A stretch of DNA of 64,000 bases from Pseudolabrys sp. (GTDB lineage Bacteria > Pseudomonadota > Alphaproteobacteria > Rhizobiales > Xanthobacteraceae), in contig DASSIT010000028.1 of the NCBI GenBank assembly GCA_035691545.1, forward strand, positions 19,348 through 83,347, written 5' to 3'. The stretch's first letter is position 1. The number at the start of each line of letters is the position of its first letter. Below the pieces are notes generated by a model, which did not search any database, was not told where the DNA came from, and saw only the letters and a list, made by a program, of their open reading frames with translations. Position numbers and translations under genes: made by a program. This document shows positions 1-9,223 of this stretch, piece after piece.

Positions 1-795
1 TCCGCGCTGAAAATCGAAGGCCGTTTCATCCTGCAGACTCAAAGTGACGGTCCGGTGCGCATGCTGGTTGTGGACTTCATGGCTCCAGACAAGGTGCGGG
101 CCTGCGCGCGCTTCGACAAGTCGCAAGTGGCCGAGGCCGTGGCATCAGGCGAGGGCAATGCCGGCGGTCTGCTTGGCAAAGGCCACCTCGCCATGACGAT
201 CGACCAGGGCCCCGACACCAACCGTTATCAGGGGCTGGTCGCGCTCGACGGGCGCTCGCTCGAGGAAGTTGCCCATGAATATTTCGTTCGCTCGGAGCAG
301 ATTCCCACGCGGGTTCGTCTCGCAGTAGCCGAAGAATTGCGCGCAGAGCCGGGTGGCGCACGCCATCGTTGGCGGGCAGGCGGCATCATGGTGCAGTTTT
401 TGCCGAAGGCACCCGAACGTGCACGCGTCGCCGATCTTGATCCAGGGGATGCGCCCGAAGGGACCCAGCCGCACGCGATCGAGGAGGACGACGCGTGGGT
501 GGAAGGTCAGGCGCTGGTTTCGACGGTGGAAGATGTCGAACTGATTGATCCCTCGCTCTCGAGCGAGCGGCTCGTTTACCGGCTGTTCCATGAGCCCGGC
601 GTGCGGGTTTTCCGCAGTAGCCCTCTGCGCGCGGAATGCTCATGCTCGCGGGAAAATGTCGAGGCGATGCTCAAGAGCTTTTCGCAGGACGATCGCGACC
701 ACATGGTCGAAGACGGAAAAATTTCCGTGACCTGCGAATTTTGCAGCGCAAATTACGAGTTTGCGCCGGGAGACGTCGGGGCCGGCCCTAGTTGA
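1..795 (+). CDS. hslO: Hsp33 redox-regulated molecular chaperone (5' end outside window)
   Basis: Frame is open from base 1 (SALKIEGRFILQTQSDGPV); YQGLV and SEQIPT motifs; C-terminal zinc centre CSC...CEFC. Confidence 0.95.
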   Translation, partial: SALKIEGRFILQTQSDGPVRMLVVDFMAPDKVRACARFDKSQVAEAVASGEGNAGGLLGKGHLAMTIDQGPDTNRYQGLVALDGRSLEEVAHEYFVRSEQIPTRVRLAVAEELRAEPGGARHRWRAGGIMVQFLPKAPERARVADLDPGDAPEGTQPHAIEEDDAWVEGQALVSTVEDVELIDPSLSSERLVYRLFHEPGVRVFRSSPLRAECSCSRENVEAMLKSFSQDDRDHMVEDGKISVTCEFCSANYEFAPGDVGAGPS

Positions 796-1180
796 TGGTG
801 CGCTCGGCGTGGGACGAGTCGAGCGAGAAGGCAGGGATTTCAATGTCGAAAGATTCACCGGCCTGCGACACCATGCCGTAACTGCCGGCCATGAAACCGG
901 AAGGTGTCGGCAACGGAACGCCACTGGTGTACTCAAAAGATTCATTCGGCTTGAGGACCGGCTCTTCGCCGACCACGCCCGGTCCTTTCACCTCCTGCAG
1001 ACGGCCCAAGGAGTCCGTAATGCGCCAGTGGCGCGTCTTGAGCTGGACAGTCTCCGTGCCGAGATTCGTGATATTGATAGTGTAAGCCCAGAAGAAATGG
1101 CCATTGCTTGGCGACGACCGCTCCGAAACGAAGCGGGGTGTTACCGTCACTTCAATCTTGTGGGTCACGGCGCGGTACAT
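788..1180 (-). CDS. apaG: ApaG protein
   Basis: MYRAVT start; AYTINITN, RHWRITD, GPGVVGEEP and YTSG motifs. Confidence 0.95.
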   Translation of the reverse strand: MYRAVTHKIEVTVTPRFVSERSSPSNGHFFWAYTINITNLGTETVQLKTRHWRITDSLGRLQEVKGPGVVGEEPVLKPNESFEYTSGVPLPTPSGFMAGSYGMVSQAGESFDIEIPAFSLDSSHAERTIN

Positions 1181-1271
1181 CGACTTGCCATACAATTTAC
1201 CTTGCCAGGTCTTGCCATCCGCTTGATGTCCGGGATTATGGCCGAAAGCGCATACGAAAGAAAAGCCGCAC

Positions 1272-2432
1272 ATGGCTACGGTTCCGACCGAACGCGATCT
1301 TCGGCTTGATTTGTTCCGCGGCCTCGCGCTTTGGCTGATCTTCCTCGACCATATCCCGTCCAATGCGGTGAGCTGGATCACCATCCGGAACTACGGCTTT
1401 AGCGATGCGACGGAAATTTTCGTTTTCATCTCCGGCTATACGGCGGCTTTCGTTTATGGCCGCGCCATGCGGCAATTCGGATTCATCGTTGCGTCCGCGC
1501 GCGTTCTCAAGCGCGCCTGGCAGATTTATGTCGCGCACGTCTTCTTGCTCGCGATCTATCTCGCCGAGATCGCCTATGTCGCGAACAGTTTCGACAATCC
1601 GCTCTATTCCGAAGAAATGGGCGTGCTCGACTTCCTGAAGAATCCCGATGTCACGATCTTTCAGGCCCTGCTCCTGAAGTTCAAGCCGGTTAATATGGAT
1701 GTCCTGCCGCTCTATATCCTGCTGCTGGCATGGTTTCCGCCGATGCTGTGGCTGCTGTTGCGGGCGCCGTCGATCGCCCTGATTTCATCGGCAAGCCTGT
1801 ACGTCCTGATGTGGTTTTTCGAATGGAACCTGCCTGCCTATCCGAGCGGCACGTGGGTATTCAATCCGTTTGCATGGCAACTGCTGTTCGTCTTTGGCGC
1901 CTGGTGCGCGCTCGGCGGTTCGCAGAACCTGGCGCGATGGATTCATTCGCGCACCGTCATTGGCCTTGCGATCGCCTACCTTGTGTTTGCATTTGCCATC
2001 GCGATGACTTGGTATTTCCCGCACCTCGCAGCATTCGTGCCGAAATTTGTCGGTGACGCGATATATCCGATCGACAAGACAAACCTCGACGTGTTGCGCA
2101 TCATGCATTTTCTCTCGCTGGCGATTATTACCGTTGCGCTGGTTCCACGCGACTGGCCCGCGTTGAAGTCACGGATTTTCTGGCCGGCGATCGTCTGCGG
2201 CCAGCACTCCCTCGAGACCTTTTGTCTTGGAGTCTTTCTGTCTTTTGCGGGCCACTTCGTGTTTACCGAGGTTTCCAATCGTCTGCTCACGCATATCATC
2301 GTCAGCATTGTCGGAATCACTATCATGGTAGGCATTGCAGCGTTGATTTCGTGGTATAGAGAAGCCGAACGACGAGGCGGGGGACCGCGCCCGCCCGCCG
2401 CAAGGCCGGGTTTCGCGGGGGGCGATGCATGA
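1272..2432 (+). CDS. opgC: OpgC-domain membrane acyltransferase (periplasmic glucan succinylation family)
   Basis: RDLRLDLFRG, FSDATEIFVFISG, DVLPLY, FNPFAWQ and GQHSL motifs; polytopic membrane protein. Confidence 0.85.
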   Translation: MATVPTERDLRLDLFRGLALWLIFLDHIPSNAVSWITIRNYGFSDATEIFVFISGYTAAFVYGRAMRQFGFIVASARVLKRAWQIYVAHVFLLAIYLAEIAYVANSFDNPLYSEEMGVLDFLKNPDVTIFQALLLKFKPVNMDVLPLYILLLAWFPPMLWLLLRAPSIALISSASLYVLMWFFEWNLPAYPSGTWVFNPFAWQLLFVFGAWCALGGSQNLARWIHSRTVIGLAIAYLVFAFAIAMTWYFPHLAAFVPKFVGDAIYPIDKTNLDVLRIMHFLSLAIITVALVPRDWPALKSRIFWPAIVCGQHSLETFCLGVFLSFAGHFVFTEVSNRLLTHIIVSIVGITIMVGIAALISWYREAERRGGGPRPPAARPGFAGGDA

Positions 2433-3178
2433 TGGGGCGTTGGGTTTTGCCGGCGTTGCTGGTGCTGGCGGGTCCGGCTTGGGCCGAGCATCCGGCCGAA
2501 TGCCGTGTCGCTGCTCCTCTGGCCGTGTCGAGTTTTCCGCTGCCGCAGGTTGCGCGCGCACTTGCCGCCAAGAAATTTGCCATCCTCGTTGTCGGTGCGG
2601 GCTCTTCACAATTGCCGGGATCAAACGGCGTTAAGAATGCCTATCCGGCGCGGTTGCAACAGGTGCTTGCGGACAACCTGAGCGGTGTAGAAGTCAAAGT
2701 TACGGCAGACGTGAAGTCCAAGCGCACCGCTGCCGAGATGGTTAAGGCGCTGCCGGCTGACTTGACGGCAACAAAGCCCGCCCTGCTGGTTTGGCAGACC
2801 GGCACGACCGACGCGATGCTTGCTGTTGATCCCGATCAATTCAGCCAGGCACTCGATCGTGGTATAAATGCCGCACATTCCGCTGGCGCTGATGTCGTTT
2901 TAATAAATGCCCAATACAGCCCGCGGACGGAATCGATGATCGCGCTCGGTACGTACGCTGAAGACATGCGTTGGGTTGCACTGCAACAAGAGATCCCGTT
3001 GTTCGATCGATTCGCCATCATGAGGCTGTGGTCGGATCTCGGCACGTTCGATTTATATTCCGCAACGAAAAAACTTGACATCGCAGAGCAGGTTCATGAT
3101 TGCATAGGGCGGCTGCTGGCCGATTTCGTGATCGCCGCGGCAAAACCTGAAGAGCAGCCGATGAACGGCAGCCGGTGA
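2429..3178 (+). CDS. SGNH/GDSL-family exported protein, catalytic motifs degenerate
   Basis: Signal peptide; GAGSS, YPARL and WQTGTTD blocks; no clear DxxH; overlaps the opgC stop (ATGA). Confidence 0.75.
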   Translation: MMGRWVLPALLVLAGPAWAEHPAECRVAAPLAVSSFPLPQVARALAAKKFAILVVGAGSSQLPGSNGVKNAYPARLQQVLADNLSGVEVKVTADVKSKRTAAEMVKALPADLTATKPALLVWQTGTTDAMLAVDPDQFSQALDRGINAAHSAGADVVLINAQYSPRTESMIALGTYAEDMRWVALQQEIPLFDRFAIMRLWSDLGTFDLYSATKKLDIAEQVHDCIGRLLADFVIAAAKPEEQPMNGSR

Positions 3179-4008
3179 TGACAGTCGAGGATGCGCCTTT
3201 GTCGAGCGACGCTCCCGGGCAACGGGTTGTGAAATTGGTGGCTGCCGCCGCGCTGTGCGCGGGGATGGCAGTAGCCTTGCCGGCACGCGCCGAAACGGCG
3301 GCGCCGAGCTGCGACGCGCCGCTTGATCTCATCAGGCTCGCAAATCCACTGTCGCACCTCGCGCAAAAAGTTGTATCGGGCGAACCAGTCACGATTGTCG
3401 CCATTGGCTCCTCGTCGACGGCCGGTGCGGGCGCGAGCTCGCCGGCTGCAAACTACCCAAGCCGGCTGGCGGCCGAGTTGAAGGAGCATTTTCCCGGCTT
3501 GGCGATTACGGTTCTCAATCGTGGTGTCGGCGGCGAGGAAGTCGCTGATATGCTCAATCGTTTTGATACCGCGGTGCTCTCGGCCAAGCCGGACCTTGTG
3601 CTTTGGCAACTCGGGACCAACTCAGTCATTCGCGGTCACAAGCTCGGCGACCACGGCGTTCTCATCCGCGCCGGCCTTGCAAAAATCCGTGGGATCGGCG
3701 CCGACGTCGTCCTGATCGACCCGCAATTTGCGCCCAAGGTCATATCAAAGCCGGAAGCCGAGGGTATGGTCGCGCTTATCGCGACCACCGCCAAGCGCGA
3801 AGACGTCGATCTTTTCCGCCGCTTTGACGTCATGCGGTATTGGCGCGACGTCGATCACCTGGGCTTCGAAACCTTCGTGTCGGCAGACGGGCTCCATATG
3901 AACGACTGGAGCTACGCCTGCATGGCACGAGGTCTTGGAAACGCCATCGCGGAAGCCGCCCAGCGCCCGATGATGTCGGCGACAGCCACGACGCACCTGC
4001 TGCCCTGA
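3175..4008 (+). CDS. SGNH/GDSL hydrolase
   Basis: IGSSST, NRGVGG, WQLGTN and DGLHMND (DxxH) blocks; signal peptide; true start may be slightly downstream. Confidence 0.88.
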   Translation: MMTVEDAPLSSDAPGQRVVKLVAAAALCAGMAVALPARAETAAPSCDAPLDLIRLANPLSHLAQKVVSGEPVTIVAIGSSSTAGAGASSPAANYPSRLAAELKEHFPGLAITVLNRGVGGEEVADMLNRFDTAVLSAKPDLVLWQLGTNSVIRGHKLGDHGVLIRAGLAKIRGIGADVVLIDPQFAPKVISKPEAEGMVALIATTAKREDVDLFRRFDVMRYWRDVDHLGFETFVSADGLHMNDWSYACMARGLGNAIAEAAQRPMMSATATTHLLP

Positions 4009-4021
4009 GGGGCCGCTTTCG

Positions 4022-5209
4022 TCAGACCTTTTCCAGTGCTGTCAGCAGGTCCGCGATCAGGTCGTCGGCATGCTCGAGACCCGCTGAGAACCGGATCAGC
4101 CCGTCACCGATCCCCAGTTCGGCACGCTGATCGGGTGTGAGCCGCTGGTGGGTGGTGGTGGTCGGATGCGTGACGAGGCTCTTTGCATCGCCGAGGTTGT
4201 TGGTGATGCCGATCAGTTCGAGTGCGTTGAGAAAACGGAAGGCGCCTTCCTTGCCGCCCTTGACCTCGAATGAGCACAATGTCGAGCCCGCCCGCATCTG
4301 CTTGCGGATCGTTTCGGCCTGAGGATGATCAGGGCGGCCCGGATAGATCAATCGCGTCACCTTCTTGTGCCCGGCGAGCGCATTTGCGACCGCGCCTGCA
4401 TTTTCCGTTTGCCGCTGCACGCGCACCGACAAGGTTTCCAGACCTTTGAGAAGAACCCACGCATTGAACGGCGATAGAGAGGGACCCGTCTGGCGCAGGA
4501 TCTGATGGTAATGGTCGAGGATCAGTTTTTCCGAACCGAGGATGACGCCCCCGAGAACGCGGCCCTGGCCGTCGATATGTTTGGTTGCCGAATAGACCAC
4601 GCAATCGGCGCCGAGCGTGAGCGGGCTTTGGTAAAGCGGTGTCGCGAACACATTATCGACAACCAATTTGGCGCCGGCATTGTGCGCAATGTCGGCGACC
4701 GCCGCGATGTCATACACCTCCAGCGTCGGATTGGTTGGCGTTTCCATGAAGAACACTTTGGTATTCCTGGTGGTCGCTTTTTTCCATTGAGCAAGATCGA
4801 TGCCGTTGACCAGGGTTGACGTCACGCCGAAACGAGGCAGCCATTCTTCGATCACCCAGCGGCACGACCCGAACAGCGCCTTGGCGGCAACGACGTGGTC
4901 GCCTGCTCTTACCAGGCCCATCAGCGCTGTGGTGACCGCAGCCATGCCTGTTGCGGTCGAGCGCGCGGCTTCCGCGCCCTCCAGGGCAGCCATGCGCTGC
5001 TCGAACATGCTCATAGTGGGGTTCGAGTAGCGCGAATAGACGTACCCCGGAATCTTGCCGGAGAATCGGGCCTCGCAATCTTCGGCGCTCGGATAGATGT
5101 AGCCTTGGGTGAGGAACAAGGCTTCCGAGGTCTCGCCGAATTGCGATCGCAGCGTGCCGGAATGCACCAGGCGGGTTTCGGGGCGGTAGGTCTTGGTTGA
5201 CGCGGGCAT
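4022..5209 (-). CDS. metZ: O-succinylhomoserine sulfhydrylase
   Basis: RSQFGETSEALF, YSRYSNPT, PLP-lysine motif YSATKHIDGQGR, NNLGDAKS. Confidence 0.95.
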   Translation of the reverse strand: MPASTKTYRPETRLVHSGTLRSQFGETSEALFLTQGYIYPSAEDCEARFSGKIPGYVYSRYSNPTMSMFEQRMAALEGAEAARSTATGMAAVTTALMGLVRAGDHVVAAKALFGSCRWVIEEWLPRFGVTSTLVNGIDLAQWKKATTRNTKVFFMETPTNPTLEVYDIAAVADIAHNAGAKLVVDNVFATPLYQSPLTLGADCVVYSATKHIDGQGRVLGGVILGSEKLILDHYHQILRQTGPSLSPFNAWVLLKGLETLSVRVQRQTENAGAVANALAGHKKVTRLIYPGRPDHPQAETIRKQMRAGSTLCSFEVKGGKEGAFRFLNALELIGITNNLGDAKSLVTHPTTTTHQRLTPDQRAELGIGDGLIRFSAGLEHADDLIADLLTALEKV

Positions 5210-5277
5210 GCGGGCCTCCTTTAGGCTGAGCGCGACCCCGAAATCGGTACTGCCTTGCGGGGGCGCGCGCAGCCAAC

Positions 5278-5307
5278 AAAAAACCGGCCGGAAATATCCT
5301 GGCCGGG
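5278..5307 (-). terminator. Intrinsic terminator inside the metZ leader (riboswitch expression platform)
   Basis: Minus strand reads CCGGCCAGGA-TATT-TCCGGCCGG-TTTTTT. Confidence 0.75.
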
Positions 5308-5309
5308 CA

Positions 5310-5385
5310 CACGCGTCCCCGGCCTTTTAGCGATTTATTTTACGTGGCTGCAAGCCGGCCGGCTCAAATGACCACGGGATAAGAT
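5310..5385 (-). ncRNA. SAM-II (SAM-alpha) riboswitch
   Basis: Minus strand CCCGTGGTCATTTGAGCCGGCCGGCTTGCAGCCACGTAAAATAAATCGCTAAAAGGCCG matches the SAM-alpha pattern; lies upstream of metZ. Confidence 0.92.
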
Positions 5386-5461
5386 GCTTCTAGCGGGACG
5401 CACGGCTTCCCGTCAAGCCACTCCTTGGGTTAGATCGGCGCAACCGCGAGGCAGGGCCGCC

Positions 5462-6565
5462 GTGACGATTTCCTTTGCAATCGAGGATAAAGGCATTTTG
5501 CCCGACCGGATGATTGCGGCGCTCGCCGCCGGCGGTGCGATTTTGTCCGAAAACAAGTTCGTGCCCGATCAGGTGCAGCCGGCAAGCCTCGATTTGCGGC
5601 TGGGCGAGATTGCCTATCGCGTGCGGGCAAGTTTCTTGCCGGGACGCACGACGGTCGCGCAGCGCATCGACGGGCTCAAGCTGCACGAAATTTCGCTCGG
5701 TGATGGCGCCGTGCTTGAAACCGGCTGCGTCTATATCGTTCCCCTGCAGGAAAGCCTGGCGCTGCCCGACGAAGTATCCGCCGCCGCAAACCCGAAAAGC
5801 TCGACGGGCCGGCTCGATGTGTTCACCCGCGTGATTGCCGACGAGACCCGGGGCTTTGACCGCATCGAACCCGGCTATCACGGCCCGCTCTATGCCGAGA
5901 TCAGTCCGCGCACATTCCCGGTGCTCGTCCGCGAGGGCTCGCGCCTCTCGCAAATCCGGTTCCGCCGCGGCCATGCCCTGCTCGACGGGGACTCCCTGCG
6001 CGAGCTGCATGCGCGGGAGCGTTTGGTTGATTCCAAGGAAGCGGATGTCAGCGAGGGCGTTGCGGTTGGAGTCGACCTGTCGGGTCTCGGGCCCGGCGGC
6101 CTGGTTGGCTATCGGGCCAAGCGGCACACGGGCCTGATCGACGTCGAGCGGCGCGGCGGCTATGCGGTGCTGGACTTCTGGGAGCCCATGCAGGCGCGGC
6201 CGGACAAGAGCCTCATCCTCGATCCGAACGAATTCTACATTCTTGCGTCAAAAGAGGCGGTGCAGGTACCGCCGGACTACGCCGCCGAGATGGTGCCGTT
6301 TGATCCGCTGGTCGGTGAATTCCGCGTGCACTATGCGGGCTTCTTCGATCCGGGGTTCGGATATGCCGGCGCCGGCGGTAAAGGTGCGCGCGCCGTGCTC
6401 GAAGTGCGGTCGCGCGAAGTCCCTTTCATCCTCGAGCACGGGCAGATTGTCGGCCGTCTCGTCTACGAGAAGATGCTGGCGAAGCCCGATAAACTATATG
6501 GCCAAGGCATTGGGTCGAATTACCAGGCACAAAGCCTGAAGCTCTCCAAGCATTTCAAGGCTTGA
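5462..6565 (+). CDS. dcd: dCTP deaminase (alphaproteobacterial two-domain type)
   Basis: QPASLDLRLG, ANPKSSTGRLDVFTR, HYAGFFDPGFG; GTG start assumed at 5462. Confidence 0.93.
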   Translation: MTISFAIEDKGILPDRMIAALAAGGAILSENKFVPDQVQPASLDLRLGEIAYRVRASFLPGRTTVAQRIDGLKLHEISLGDGAVLETGCVYIVPLQESLALPDEVSAAANPKSSTGRLDVFTRVIADETRGFDRIEPGYHGPLYAEISPRTFPVLVREGSRLSQIRFRRGHALLDGDSLRELHARERLVDSKEADVSEGVAVGVDLSGLGPGGLVGYRAKRHTGLIDVERRGGYAVLDFWEPMQARPDKSLILDPNEFYILASKEAVQVPPDYAAEMVPFDPLVGEFRVHYAGFFDPGFGYAGAGGKGARAVLEVRSREVPFILEHGQIVGRLVYEKMLAKPDKLYGQGIGSNYQAQSLKLSKHFKA

Positions 6566-6614
6566 TGAAAGCGTGCTTGCTGTCCGCGGATGGCATTCGC
6601 TATTCTCGACGCGC

Positions 6615-6688
6615 GCGGGCGTAGTTCAATGGTAGAACGGCAGCTTCCCAAGCTGCATACGAGGGTTCGATTCCCTTCGCCCGCTCCA
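6615..6688 (+). tRNA. tRNA-Gly (CCC)
   Basis: GCGGGCG acceptor stem, anticodon arm GCAGC-TTCCCAA-GCTGC, GGTTCGATTCC T-arm, encoded CCA; 74 nt. Confidence 0.98.
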
Positions 6689-6796
6689 TGACTTAGCCAA
6701 TTTTGACAGGCGAGTTTTGCGATCAGTTTTGAGAGGCTTTGCTCGCCGTCCAATCCTAATCGTTCTGCCAAAAGGCATAGCAAACCAACCCGTTCG

Positions 6797-6868
6797 ATAT
6801 CCGCTTTCGGCCAAACCAGAAATGAGCTTGTGCGTCGCACATGCCTGCTTCTGACCAAAAGCGGGCAT
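6797..6868. repeat. Pair of degenerate ATGTCCGCTT..AAGCGGACAT-type palindromic repeats
   Basis: ATATCCGCTTTCGGCCAAACCAGAAAT (6797-6823) and ATGCCTGCTTCTGACCAAAAGCGGGCAT (6841-6868). Confidence 0.65.
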
Positions 6869-6884
6869 GCGTGCTTTGGCCAAT

Positions 6885-7901
6885 TCACACGACCATCAGG
6901 TCCTTGCCGACAATGATCTCACCTTTGAAAAATTTTGCGACCGGTTCGCGCCAGGTGTCGTCGCTAATGCTGTCGATCGCCGGGGTAAGATGCGAGAGCA
7001 CAAGCGTTTTGACACCGGCCTCCTGAGCGATACGGCCGACGTCTTCGGATGGTGTGTGGTCGGCCTTCATATGCTCCATGAAGGCTTCGAATTTCACCGG
7101 CCGCCCCTTGGCGATCTGGCCCTTGATGTATTTCTCGACCGCCGGCACGTACATCGTTTCGTGCACCAGAATGTCCGCACCCATGGCCATTTTCGCCACG
7201 GATTCGAGAGGCGCGGTGTCGCCGGAAAATGCGATAGAACGGTCCTTAAAATCGAAACGGTAGGCCAAGGCCGGCTTCACCGGCGGATGTTCGACCAAGA
7301 TTGCGGAGACTTTGACGTTGTCGTCTTCCGTCACCAGACCCGCCGCTGAAATTTCCTGCACATTAACAGACGTGAGCGGTTTCATATGGAAGTCTTCGGC
7401 CCAGAAGTCGACCGTTTGCCTATAGGCACGCATGAAATCGTCGGTCATCTGCCTGAGTGGCGGCGGCCCGAAAGCGCGCACGTCAAGCGGCAGGCCTTGG
7501 ATCCAGCCGACGATCAGCAGCGGGCCGTATTCAATGTTGTGATCCGCATGATGATGCGTAATGAAGATTGACTTCAACGAACCAAAGGGAATGCCGGTGC
7601 GCGCGAATTGATTGGTGACGCCCATGCCGCAATCAAGTACGTATGCGGATCCATTGCTCAGCATCACGTGGGAAGTCATTTCGCGCGAGCGTCCTGGCAC
7701 AGGACCTGCAGCAGTACCGAGCAGCACCAACTTGGTGCCCTTTGCATCTCTAAGCGCGTCCTGCGCCTGTTGCGGCGTCCAGCGCGGTCCGGCGGACTGC
7801 GCGAGCCCTGGCTCTGTTGTGGCAGCGACGATTGGTGCGGCTGCCAGCCCGGCCAGCAGACTGCGGCGTGAAAGTTCGGGTGGGCTCGATGTGTCTGTCA
7901 T
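6885..7901 (-). CDS. Tat-exported MBL-fold metallo-hydrolase (RNase Z/arylsulfatase-like)
   Basis: SRRSLL Tat motif; LLGT, DCG, THHHADH, FSGDT, LVHE and LSH motifs; GGGGAG RBS before the ATG at 7901. Confidence 0.88.
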   Translation of the reverse strand: MTDTSSPPELSRRSLLAGLAAAPIVAATTEPGLAQSAGPRWTPQQAQDALRDAKGTKLVLLGTAAGPVPGRSREMTSHVMLSNGSAYVLDCGMGVTNQFARTGIPFGSLKSIFITHHHADHNIEYGPLLIVGWIQGLPLDVRAFGPPPLRQMTDDFMRAYRQTVDFWAEDFHMKPLTSVNVQEISAAGLVTEDDNVKVSAILVEHPPVKPALAYRFDFKDRSIAFSGDTAPLESVAKMAMGADILVHETMYVPAVEKYIKGQIAKGRPVKFEAFMEHMKADHTPSEDVGRIAQEAGVKTLVLSHLTPAIDSISDDTWREPVAKFFKGEIIVGKDLMVV

Positions 7902-7996
7902 TTTTATCTCCCCCTTGGCAGTGTCGAAGTGACCCGTCATGTCTTGTAGCTGGCACGATATCGCCGGCGTATCCACCGTTCAACGGCTCGCCGCAA

Positions 7997-8060
7997 ATGG
8001 CCGCTATTTTGCGGACATTGGTGTGACGCCATCGTTTGCTTTAGGGGTGAAAGGGGACAT
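7997..8060. repeat. Second pair of ATGTCCGC..GCGGACAT-type palindromic repeats
   Basis: ATGGCCGCTATTTTGCGGACAT (7997-8018) and GTTTGCTTTAGGGGTGAAAGGGGACAT (ending 8060). Confidence 0.6.
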
Positions 8061-8432
8061 CTCAATGCAAAGGAAAGTCGCTCAGGAGGGCCAATAAACT
8101 TTGCAATTTTGACGCAATTCGAAACGCCTTCGGTTAGCGCGGAGGCAAATGCTCAGATGTCTGCAAGCCTTCGGGAACGATATGGAAGGGCTGTTTGTCC
8201 GCGGTATGATTGCCATTTGCGGCGCGCCAAATAGGCTCGGATCATCGAGCGTGCCGACCTTTAGAATAATAAAATGCAGCCCCCGGCCGACGCGTTGTTA
8301 GATGAGTCCCGCATTCGCCGCAAAATTCGCGCGTGACGGGGCTTTCGAGATCGGAACGCGAGAATTTTCGCGGTTCGCCGCTGGTGTAACGAAAGCCATC
8401 AGGCGCTAGCACGTCGTAGAGGAAGAACTACC

Positions 8433-9215
8433 TCACATGGCCGGTGCGGCAAAAGATGCTCGCCAAAATTCCGTGGCGATTCCAGATCGCGGCGCCTCTC
8501 TGAGGAGTATTTTATCGGGATCGACTGCAATTCCGTGATCGGCAAAAGTCAGCAGCGGCAGATCCCAATGGCTGTCGGAATACGCAAAGATTTCCGGTTT
8601 TCGCTCTTTCCCCAAAGTTCTTCGTACGGCGTCCAATTTGGCGGTGCCGCGAAGGTTTGGGCCGCTTAGGCTGCCGGTCAATCGTCCCTCCAGCCAGTCG
8701 ACGCGAGTGCAGACGGTTTCGTCGAAGCCAAGGAGATTGGCGATCAAGGGAACATACAAATCGACGCTTGCCGAAGCGAGAATGAGCCGGTGCTTCCTCG
8801 CACGGTGCCAATTTATCCTGGCCAAGGCTGCCGGCTTTATCATGTCCCGGATGCATCTTTCGGCAAACACAGCGGCGTACGTATTGATCTCGTCGCCGCC
8901 GACGCCTTTCAGGATCGCGGATAGAAATGCGGACTTCAGGCCATCGTTCGGCATGCGGCCGACCATGAACATCACGATCTTACGGGGAAGCCCCAAACAT
9001 CGACACAGCCGCGATGGATTCCGCCTCAAGACGTAGAGCAGGAACGACACAAACGTATCACCACGCGTCAGTGTACCGTCGAGGTCGAAAATTGCGACCG
9101 CGGGCACCGCCGAGCCCGCAACGGTGACGCGGCTGCCGTGCCGGGAACCGAAGGCGGAACCCGCGTTTTCCGATTCCATGAATGCCTGCGGGGAGGGCAT
9201 TTCTGCAGAGGCCAA
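8433..9215 (-). CDS. HAD-IB family phosphatase
   Basis: FDLDGTL motif I, ASAS motif II, conserved Lys, YSDSHWD motif IV; start uncertain. Confidence 0.88.
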   Translation of the reverse strand: MASAEMPSPQAFMESENAGSAFGSRHGSRVTVAGSAVPAVAIFDLDGTLTRGDTFVSFLLYVLRRNPSRLCRCLGLPRKIVMFMVGRMPNDGLKSAFLSAILKGVGGDEINTYAAVFAERCIRDMIKPAALARINWHRARKHRLILASASVDLYVPLIANLLGFDETVCTRVDWLEGRLTGSLSGPNLRGTAKLDAVRRTLGKERKPEIFAYSDSHWDLPLLTFADHGIAVDPDKILLREAPRSGIATEFWRASFAAPAM

Positions 9216-9223
9216 TTGATTGA

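Noticed and set aside
7951-7965. TGGCACGATATCGC as a sigma54 promoter
   Set aside because: GG-to-GC spacing is one base short and no gene follows on that strand
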